A stretch of DNA of 64,000 nucleotides from Hydrolagus colliei (Eukaryota), in NCBI GenBank assembly GCA_035084275.1, contig CM068771.1, forward strand, positions 992,001 to 1,056,000, read 5' to 3'. The position numbers and the translations under genes were made by a program. This document shows positions 20,530-30,700 of this stretch, in pieces (the first letter of the stretch is position 1; every line of letters begins with the position of its first letter). Under the pieces are notes generated by a model. It ran no database searches, had not been told where the DNA came from, and worked only from the letters and a program-made list of their open reading frames with translations.

Positions 20530-23036
20530 TGAGAGCCAAAGAAGTATGGGAGAGAGAGTGGAGTGAGTGAGAGAGAAGAGTCTGAGACAGGGAGAGAGGG
20601 AAAAGAGGGAGAACATAAGAATTTGCAGGCAAAAAAAGACCAAAGTCCATCTAATTCCTGTTGCATCCTGCCAGTTACTTGACATGTTGCGTCCCAGACT
20701 TTATATTGTGTGCGTCTGTCTCTGTGTTTGTGTATCTCTTTTTCTCTCTGCCTGCGTCTGTCTGTGTGTGTGTATCTGTCTCTCTCTCTCTCTGTCTCTC
20801 TGTGTATGGGTTTGTGTGTCTCCCTCTTTCCCTGTGTGTCTCCCTCTGTCTATGTGTGTTTCTATGGGCCCCAGATATAATTCTCCAGCAAAAAATCTCA
20901 TTTATTCTTGAAGCCAACAACATTTTCTGCTTCCTCTGTCTGTCTGTCTTCCGTAAGTTTATTGATCACACACTGAAGTAGTATTTCTGTAGATTCGCTC
21001 TGAAGTCACCCCCTTCCAATTGCAGGCCTTGTCCACTGGCTCTACTGTTCAGTACAAGATAAAGCAGCGTGTCATGGTCTACATTATCTAGTCTGCTTCG
21101 GAAGATGGGAATCATTTCAACCCTCAAACTTCTCTTCTCTAACATGAACATGCCCAGTTCATCTAATCACTCCTCGTACTCCAGTCCCTCGATCCCCTCA
21201 AGCATTTTTGGAGGGGAGGGTTCGGAGTCCTTTAGCTCAGTGGTTAGAGTACTCGCCTGACAACCGAGAGATCTCGGTTCGATTCCCAGCAGGTTGGGCA
21301 GGTTTCTTTACTCCGCACACTTGCTAATAAACCCTCAACAAAAATACAACATAATTCCGTCACTCATTACACGGCTGATCGTGGGACACTGATGTGCGCA
21401 ATTGGCTGCTGCGTTTCAACAACAACAACAACAATTTACATTTATAGAGCACCTTTCACGTCGGGAGGACGTCCCAAGGCGCTTCACCCACAAAATATAC
21501 AGTCAATTCACTTTGCAGTATATTCCTTGAAGCGCTTTGAGATGCCTAGAAGCCGTGAGAGGCGCTGTATCAAATACAAGGATTATTATTATTATTATTA
21601 TTATTACAGTTGCCCTCCTTCGCAACACAAACGTACGTTTGTTGTTGTATCTCCTCAATGTCTGCAATATCCTCTTTGTGTTGAGGAGACTAGAACACAC
21701 ACAGAGAGGAGTCTGAGAAAGGGAGAGAGTGCTGCACATGCCTCTCACATTTTACGCGCCCCCCCCCCACCACCCACCCCCCCACCACCCACCCCCCCAC
21801 CACCCACCCCCCCACCACCCACCCCCCCACCACCCACCCCCCCACCACCCACCCCCCCACCACCCACCCCCCCACCACCCACCCCCCCACCACCAACCCC
21901 CCCACCACCAACCCCCCCACCACCAACCCCCCCACCCACCAACCCCCCCACCACCAACCCCCCCACCACCAACCCCCCCACCACCAACCCCCCCACCCAC
22001 CAACCCCCCCACCACCAACCCCCCCACCACCAACCCACCCCAGTGCTCGGAGACGCTGCCTCGTGGCTGCACCCTCCACAACTGGTCCTTCACCAGCCCC
22101 GCCTTCTTCTATCTACACCATTTTGCCCAAAAGCTGCCAAAGCCTTGCTCCATGCCTTTTGTCACCTCTCGCCTGGACTGCTCCCAACACCTTCCTCGCA
22201 GGTCTCCCCTCCGCTACCGTTCGGAAAAGGCATCTCATACAGAACTCCACAGCTCACATTCTCACCAGAACCAAACTGAACTCCCTGATTATCCCAGCCC
22301 TCGCCAGACATCACAGGCTCCCTGTCACAGAGAGGATCAACTTCAAGATCTTCACTCTTGGATTTAAATGCCTCCACTCCTCTATATGCCCCCTACCTCA
22401 CTAACCTCCTCTCTCTCCTCACAGCTGCCTCCACTCGACTGCCTCTGGCCTCCTCCTTGTCGCCCGAATCTTCCGTTCCACCATCGGTGACCGTGCCTTC
22501 AGCCGCTACTCCCCGAAACTCCGGATCTCCCTCCCTCAATCCCCCCCGCTTCGCCTCCTACTTTTCCATTTTCGGGTCGCGCCTGAAGACCTTTCTGTTT
22601 GACCGCGTCCACAGTCACCTTCCCCCTCCCCTCGGCTCGGCCCCGGGGTCCGCTATTGTGAGGTGCTCTGTGACGCCGTCTGTCTCGGAGGGCACTGTAT
22701 CAATGCAATATATTCAGGTTTCTGGATAAACAGGAGTTATCATTGTTGATCTTACCCCACGGCTCCTCCATCGCCCCCTGGAGGCTGCTGTGCTCCACGC
22801 AACTGGAGAAGCCTTTCCCCTCCATTGGAGAGCCGTCTCCAAGTCCATCTGCTTCGTTATCTGAAAGGTGCCATCGTGGTTGGGTAATACACCACTGGAC
22901 ACCACCTCGTGGACAGTGTTGCCGTCCCTTGTCCAGGTCACCTCGATGGGCCGCGGATGGAAGCCAGTGACAAGACAGGAGAGAAGGTCTCTCCCCGCCA
23001 GGTCCCTCCTGTCACTGCCTGAGACGTCAGGGCGGC
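19521..23036 (-). pseudogene. 5'-truncated MHC class I pseudogene: alpha3 exon 23036-22756 (frameshifted), TM exon 20294-20169, cytoplasmic exon starting at 19565
   Basis: The alpha3 exon is 281 nt versus 279 nt (+2 frameshift after DLET) and its second Ig cysteine codon is mutated (TGT to AGT). The 33-nt cytoplasmic exon has lost its GT donor. Homology to the intact gene stops about 60 nt upstream of the alpha3 acceptor, and no leader, alpha1 or alpha2 copy is seen. Confidence 0.85.
21759..22040. repeat. 15-bp C-rich minisatellite (ccccccaccacccac / ccccccaccaccaac)
   Basis: About 18 tandem units in two sequence variants. Confidence 0.95.
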
Positions 23037-23189
23037 CTAGGGAGAGGAGCACAGTCACACACAGCTCAGCACTGAGCCCACCCTGACACAGCGAGGCTCA
23101 ATCAGATGGAATCATAGAATTGTACAGCAGAGAAAGAGGCCATTTGGTCCCTTGTTTCGTATCGGCAGTGTCAGGACAGCAGTGGTCCT

Positions 23190-23335
23190 GGAGTCGAGTG
23201 GGAGGGGCAGCGATTCCACTGAGCTTCAGCTCAAATTCTTTCAGTAACTCTCATCCTACCTGTTTATCACTTGTATTACTGTGTGTAGTCTCCATGAGTG
23301 TCCCTGTGACAGATGTTGTGCGTGTGTGTGTATCT
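23190..23335 (+). other. Inverted remnant of the MHC post-TM intron sequence
   Basis: gagcttcagct...ttcagtaactctcat...tgtttatcac and tgtgtagtct...cctgtgacagatgttgt match the minus-strand introns at 20050-20150 and 8140-8260 but lie on the plus strand. Confidence 0.6.
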
Positions 23336-23518
23336 GCATGTGTGTGTGTGTGTGTGTGAGACCAGGCTTTATGACTTTCATATTAACAAGAAAATATAAC
23401 TTTTAGAACAAACAGGGAGAATTGTTACATTTATATGAGAAATAGATGATGAGAAAATAGGATGCTTCATAAATAAACAAGAACAATGCCACTTATATGA
23501 AATAGGAATAAATTGACA

Positions 23519-23564
23519 TTTATTTAAATATGGAGAATGTTTTGTGATTCATAGCTGATTTATT
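23519..23564 (-). terminator. Candidate leupaxin polyadenylation signals (AATAAA at 23564-23559 and 23524-23519)
   Basis: AATAAA hexamers in an AT-rich tract about 900-950 nt after the stop codon. Confidence 0.35.
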
Positions 23565-24074
23565 CTTTGTAAGTTTCACAAAATTCAAACATATTGACAA
23601 ATTGGCTCAGTCATAGTGGAGCAAAATTTATAATTATAAAAATGTGTGCGAGTGAGTGTCACACTGTGATCACACTCAGATTGTAGTGTGTGAGGGAGTG
23701 TGAGTGTCACACACTGTGATCACACTCAGACTGTAGTGTGCAAGCGAGTGTGAGTGTCACACATTGCGAGGCACCTTATCAAACACCTTCTGAAAATCAC
23801 AGCCACAATCCCCAGCATTGCTTTTACCACAGATCCAATCACCTCCCAAACACTCCATCAAAAATGACCATCACTTCCACCTCCCTAGATGTGGCACAAA
23901 GTCTGTCTCTGTGGCAGTCTCTAGTCTGACTCACACACTCGCTCGCTCACTGGCTGGCTCGCTCACCCACCTGCCCACCCACCCATCCATTCAAATGCAC
24001 AGTGGAGGAAAAGGAACAGAAAAATAATTGAAGACACATTTCAAAATATAGATTTTTAAGTAATTCGATATCAG

Positions 24075-24465
24075 CAACAAAAACAACATGACATTTACAC
24101 ACAAAGCGTTCCACATTGGGAGGACATCCCAAGCCTCTGAACAATCAGGAATTTGGACCCAAACTGGGTTTGTGATCTGGGATGGGTGGAGTGCGGGGAG
24201 AGGGTGGTGAATGAAAGCGCAATCGAACAGAAGGATCTTGAGATTGGTCTTGAAGAAGGCGAAGAGGGAGTGTGTTAGAGGGAACATGAAGCAGGCCGGT
24301 GAGTACTGAGTGGAGGGAGCAGACAAGTTGATATGGGGTCAGCAAGTCAGAGAGGTGGTACGTGGCAAGGCCATGGAGGAGCTCCAATGTTCTGGATGTT
24401 CTGCAACCTGTGGAGGGATGATTTGGAAAGGCCGACATGGAGGGAGTTGGCATAGTCGGGCCTAG
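24075..24465 (-). mobile_element. L2 3' fragment forming the proximal leupaxin 3' UTR
   Basis: SRPDYANSL..GL-like L2 ORF2 sequence starts at the LPXN stop codon and runs to an L2 tail near 24075. Confidence 0.75.
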
Positions 24466-24467
24466 AG

Positions 24468-24734
24468 TTAAACAAACAGTTTATTGAGGCACCCGTTGCA
24501 ATAGGGTTTATTGTTCTTCTCCACGAAGACGCCATTGCTGAGCTGCTTGAGGCAGAAAGCGCAAACAAAGTGTTCAGGGTGGAACTTTTTGCCCAGAGCA
24601 GCAACACAACGCCCAGTGATGGGCCTGTGACAGCCAGCACACAGCAGGCCCTGCCGCTCATAGTAATGTCTGTCACAGTACGGCATCCCCTCCACTTCAA
24701 AGAAACTTCCACTTTCAAACGAAACATGGCAGTC
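24468..24734 (-). CDS. LPXN: Leupaxin exon 9 (LIM3/LIM4, stop)
   Basis: gtgtag|GAC TGC...; [16 protein letters not shown]...[12 protein letters not shown]-stop. Confidence 0.95.
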   Translation of the reverse strand, partial: DCHVSFESGSFFEVEGMPYCDRHYYERQGLLCAGCHRPITGRCVAALGKKFHPEHFVCAFCLKQLSNGVFVEKNNKPYCNGCLNKLFV

Positions 24735-27700
24735 CTACACCGGGAGAGGGAAACAACAAAACACAAAGATCATTCGAGGTGTCGATAATAATTAATAGCA
24801 ATAATACTCCATGCATTTGTCTCAGCGCCTTAAGATGCTTTCAAGAGATCTCAAAGCACTTCATAGGATACACTGTAAAGTGGAGTGACTGGGTATTTTT
24901 ATGGACCTTGCGGGTGAGAGGACCTGGGTTCGATTACCTGGCGGGTCAGGGTGAAGCTTTGGGCAAGTTTCCTTACCCTACACATGTGCTCTGTTTACTA
25001 GCGGTAAAGTAAGGAACCTTCTGGTTAGTTAATTGGTGAATTCATTTTCACGGGTAAATGGTCTCTTCAACAGAAAAATACACAATCAATATTCTAAAAA
25101 TAATTCGCTCACACAATCCACTACCGTTTGTGGGATGTCGCTGTGTGCAATTCGCTGCCGAATTTCACTGACAAAATACACAGTCACTACACTTTACAGC
25201 AGCGACACCCAACCTGTGACCATTTCAAAATTCCACCCCCCCCACCCCATTGGTTAATGCCCTCCATGGCAGTGGCAGACGCAAGTAGTTTGGAGGACAC
25301 AGCAAGGAAAGGCTGATGCTATTACTGCAGATAGTGATCTGTGCAGTTGATTGGGAGAGAGGTGGGGAGTGAGAGGGGGCAGGCGATGGATAGAGGAGGG
25401 CTGGGCTCAGTGGGGAAGAGAGTGGAGAGAGAAAGGAGAAGAGGAGAGAAGGGAGGAGGCAGTAGGGGAGAGATAGGGACAGGGGGAAGAGGGGTGACAG
25501 AGGAATGACAGGAGAGGGGGCTTGGATGGGTGAGCAGGAGAGGGAGAGAGAACAGGTGAGAGAGCTAGGTGGGAGGGAGAGGGGAAGGAGTGCGTGGTGG
25601 AAGTGAGGAGGAGTGTTAGCTTGGTTTCAATCTCAGGCAGGGAGAAATGTTGGGCAAGTTTCTTGGTTACCGCCCAATAGTCTGAAGGTTCATTAGTCTG
25701 AAGATTCGATAGTCCGAAGGTTCATTAGTCTGAAGCTTCCCCTAACCCTAACATTTGGACGAATAAACCTTGAGAATATCACACCAAATGTTCGGATTAA
25801 CAAACCTTATTTTCGGACTATCGAGCGGTAACAACGGTAACCGCCCTGGGTATAGGAAATTTGTGTGTTCGGACTACCGAACCTTCGGACTATCAAGTGC
25901 CCTCCAGTTTCTTTACTCCACAGGCCTCTGTATACCCAGCAGTAAGTAGGGTCCCAGTAGTTAGCCGCTTGGTGGATCAAAGACGAGGGACTTCAGACAG
26001 GCCTTGAAGTAATCAAGGGAGGGAGGAGGCAAAGGGCTTATTGGGATGGAGTTCCTTAGGGTGGGGACAGAGAGGCTAAAGAGAGAAACTGAAGGCCCGA
26101 CAGCCAATGGTGGGGTGGGTCGGGCATGGGACATGGAGCAGGCCAGAGCCCGCTGTGTGAAGGGAGCTGACAGGTCTATATGGGGCAGCAGCTCACAGAG
26201 TTAGGGATGGGCAAGGCCATGGGGAGCTTTGAAGGTGATGACCAGGATGTTGAACTGTTTCCTGTGTGTGATGGGAAACCAGTGGAGTGAGTGATAGGGT
26301 CATGGAGCCTGATGTGGGAGAGTACACCGGCTGCAGAGTTCTGGATGATCTGCAGCCTGTGGAGGGAGAAGTTGGGGAGGTTGAGGAGGGAGTTGGCGGA
26401 GTCGAGTCCAGATGTGATGGAGGTCTCGCGGCCTGCGGTATGAGACATTAGCGGGGCCGGGTTTTGTTGCTGAGGTGGCTGTCAGCACCTGAGGTGTAGA
26501 GGCGTCAATCAGGGAGCGCCTCAGTCTTGCTGACATTCAACTGATGACATTTAGCTCTCAAACAGGACACAGAAACAAAACAGTGAGTGACTTACTCTGC
26601 ACACAAAGCATTCTGGATGCCACACGTTGTTGAGTGCCGACAGATACTTGGTCATTACTGGACGATCACAGCTGCCACACTTGGGAGCGAACATATTGAA
26701 GAAATCCTTGGCACAATACGGTTTGCCGTTTCTCTCATGGTGCCCTGATAACCCAACAAAATCACATTGAGGTTTGAGACCATGTTTTCAAAAGTCCTGT
26801 AGCTCAATAGTTAGAGTGCTCGCCATGCAAGCGTGAGGAACTGGGTTCAATTCCCACTCAGATTAGGTACCAAATGTTGGGGGAAGTTTCCTTCCTCCAC
26901 ACACGCATGCACGCACGCACGCACGCACACGCCTCTGTTTACCAGCAATAAGCAGAGACCCAATGGTTAATCCATTGGCGGGTCACTTTTCCGGGGGACT
27001 CACCATCTGTGCCAAACAAGTCCCCACACTGAGCGCAGAAGAAATGTTCAGGGTGCCACGTCTTGTCCATGGCCGTCAGTATTTTCTGCAAACGAAGGCA
27101 ATAAATTAGCTAGGACAGCATCAAAAACCACAACATCGACATTTACACATAGTGCGTTTCACATTGGGAGGACGTCCCAATGTTCAAGGTGCTGGGAACA
27201 CCCAGGGAATTGTTGCACTACCAACAGCAACAACGTGCACTCATATAGCACCCTCCAATCTGACTTGAGCCGGGATTGGGGGTGGGAGGTGGGGGTGGTG
27301 GGGTGTGGGGGGTGATGGGGTGGATGGGTGGAGTGGCCGTAAGCGGTTGAAGAGGAAGGTTTTCATGTGGGACTTCAAAAAGGGGAGAGAGAGAGCAAGG
27401 CAGAGGGATTAGAGCTTTGGGGTGGAGTAGCTGAACGTGTGACCTCCAATGGTGAAGAGTTGGTACTAGGAATGAGCAGGAGGCCAGTGCCAGTCCAGCA
27501 GAGGCGCTGGGTGGTGGATTCAGCCACTGCACCCCGAAACTTTGGAACTCCCTCCTTCAACCCTTTTGCCTCAGCCTCTCCCTTCCCATCTTTGGGTCAC
27601 CCCTTTCTCTTCGACCTTGATTCCAGTCACCTTCCCCCTCCCCCGGTTCAGACTTGGGCTCTACCAGTGTGAAGTGCTTTGAGACACCTCCCAGCATGGA

Positions 27701-30700
27701 GGCACTATACAAATGCAAATTATTGTTGCTGGTGCTTTTGGATTGAGGGGTGAGGAGGTCGGAGAGGTGGAGGGAATGCCAGGGAGTGAATGGATTGACC
27801 ATTCATGGACCATGTATTGTACAACCCGCTGACCTGGGGTTGGGATCAGGAGAGTATAGAGGCCAGGAAGAGTGGGGGTAGGAGGGCGACCAAACATACA
27901 GTTAAAGAGGACTAGTTGGCAGCTCTTTCAAAGAGATGGGACAGGCAGGATGGGCTAACTGGCCTCCTCCTGTGCTGTAATGTTCTATGGTTCTATGAGA
28001 CCATGGGAAATATGAGCGTGAAGCCAATTTGCAAACATACGTCCAGGATGGGGCCAGAGCAGTAAGCACAACGTGGGGAGAAGAGGTTGTGATAATCTTT
28101 GTGACAGAACGGTTGACCGTCTCGTTCAAAGAAACCCTTCGATCCAATCTCCTGACTGCAGTGAAAACACACAAAGTGCTCGGGATGCCAAGTCCGGCCC
28201 ATCGCTGTCACAACCTGAAAAGAAAGAGGAATCCTCTGTCAGTCGTGAATATAAAAGCACGGCTTCTCTGCAAAGTGCAGTGAGCTAGTTGAAGCGCTAG
28301 CATCGCAAGCCAGAGGATCCAAGTTCGATTTCTGGGCAGTTCAGGGTGAAAGCTTAGGCAAGATTCCTTACTCTGTGTGCACACCACGCACTTATCACCC
28401 ACACACACAACACCCACCCACACACACACACACACCAACCCCCCAACACACACACACACACAACACACACACCCTTCTGTTTATCCAGCAATAAGTAGAC
28501 ACCAGCTTGTTAGGTCAATTGATGGATCACTTTCCTGGGACAATAATCCATCAAAAAAACTGTTTATGGGGCGCTGCTGAGCGCAATTGTCTGCCGCATT
28601 TTACCTACATAATGTACAGTCATATCACTTTACAGCGTATCCTGTGAAGCGCTTCGAGACGTCTTGAAGATGAGATGAGGCACTGTATCAAAGGCAAGGA
28701 TTATTATTATGGTTGCTATTATTATTAGCAGATCCCTTGTACCTTGCCAACAATGGGTTTGTTGCAGGAACCACAGGCTCCTTTGGCCACTGTGCTCACT
28801 CCCAGAAGCTTGAGGTCAGTCTCCAAGCTGCCCAACATTTTATCCAATGAATTGCCTGACTTTGTTGGGCTGGTCTGTAGCACCTTCTCAGGGTGAGGGC
28901 ATGGTGAGACCGCATGGCTCGGATTCTGTTTGCGACAAATATAATAACAATCCTCACAACAAGGTTATGAATATTGAACTGGAAAATGTTCCTACTTCTG
29001 AAATGTTTGCCAGGATACACAAGAAATGTTAGAAAAAGGATGAGCTGCTTGATGAAATAAACACTTAATTTTACTCCACACAATTATTCCCTTGATGCAT
29101 CACATTCATCTTCCCCCATTGGTGTCATAAATCTAGATATCAGGTACCCAAAAGGTTCTGGAGGTTGGATCCATCCACATCTTCAAGAATGAGGTTCATA
29201 GACATTTGGTAGGTCAGGGTATCAAGGAATATGGGGAGAAAGGGCGAATTTGGAATTGAAAGGATTAATTGAGATACAGGTCAGCTATGATCTTACCAGA
29301 TGGTGGGTAGCGCCTACTCCTATGAGCTTGAGATTTACTGGCATTTGTGAGATCAACAACAGTAAAATTGCATTTATAGACAACAATTTACACAGAGTCC
29401 GTCATGTGGAGTGGCTTCCTGGAGCTGTGGACAGTGGCGGAGTCTAAACCTGAACCAGGGGGAGAGGGAGGTGACAATAGGCACTATCAAAAAGAAGGCC
29501 TTCAGGTGGGATGTGAAGGTGGGGAGGCAGCAGGTAAGATGGGAGTATTGAGAGAGAATGTTCCACAGTATTGGGGAGCAGCGTCTGAAAGCACGGCCAT
29601 TGATGGTGGGGCAGAGAGGACAAGGGACAAACTGGAGGCTAAAGCCATGCTGAGCAGAGACAGAGGCTGGTGGGGGAATAAGCATGTCAGAGAGGTAAGG
29701 AGATGCCAGAATGTGAACAGATTTGAAAACCAGTGAGAGGATCTTGAAATTGATCAGTTTGGTGATTCAGTGATCTCCATAGGAACATAGCAAACATAGG
29801 AGGAAGCCCCCTCAAGCCTGTTCTGCCATTCTATAAGATCATGGCTGATCTGCACCTGAACACCTATTACCCAGCCTTGCCCCATATCCCTTGATCCCCT
29901 GACCTGAATAAACATCTGTCTACCTCAGTCTGGACAATGTGACTAGATCTAGCCATAATCCACAGCCTTTTGAGGGAGAGAGAGAGAGATTCCCACTGGC
30001 TTTTGGTTGAAAAAGTGCTCCTAATTTCACTCCCAAATGGTTTGGCTCCGATTATAAAATGATACCCCTTGTTCTGGATTTTCCACCAGAGGAAATAGTT
30101 TAATAGTTAAATAGTTGCTGTGAAGCTGCCTTGTTGAATCTCTTTATTAGTTCAAACACCTCAATCAGGTAAACGCTCAACCTTCTAAATGCAAACAGTT
30201 GAAGACCCAGTTGTTTTCAACCACTCCTCATAATTTAACTGCAGCTCCAGAAGATGTGAAAAGTGCTCTATCAAATTGAATGATTATTATTATTATTAGT
30301 GTTGTTGTGGTGGCTAATCAATACACTGTGTGTCGCTGATCACTTACTTGGCTCTGGATATCCATCAAACTAGCCATGATGTCGTCCAACTGCTGAACTG
30401 CTGAGGTTGGGCTCAGCATTGCTTCCTCCAAGTCCGGCACAGTATCTGAAACCTCGCTGAAAACACAAAAACATAAATGGTCTATTCCTGTAGCTCAGTG
30501 TTAGGAGCACTCGCCTTGCAAGCGAAAGGACCTGGATTTGATTCCGAGGGAAGTCAGGGGGAAACACTGTGGGTTCCCGGTTAGTGCTAGGTCTGTTTAC
30601 CTAGTGCTAAGACGAAACCCACTTGTTAATTGATTGGTGGATCACTTTCCGGAGGGTAATAATCAAAAATACATTTCAAAAGTACTTAAGAATAATAATT

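Noticed and set aside
21225-21300. tRNA-like sequences (also near 2620-2690, 9690-9760, 11485-11555, 33205-33275 and others)
   Set aside because: They have A/B boxes but imperfect acceptor stems and variable anticodons, and each continues into the same SINE body and tail. They are SINE heads, not tRNA genes.
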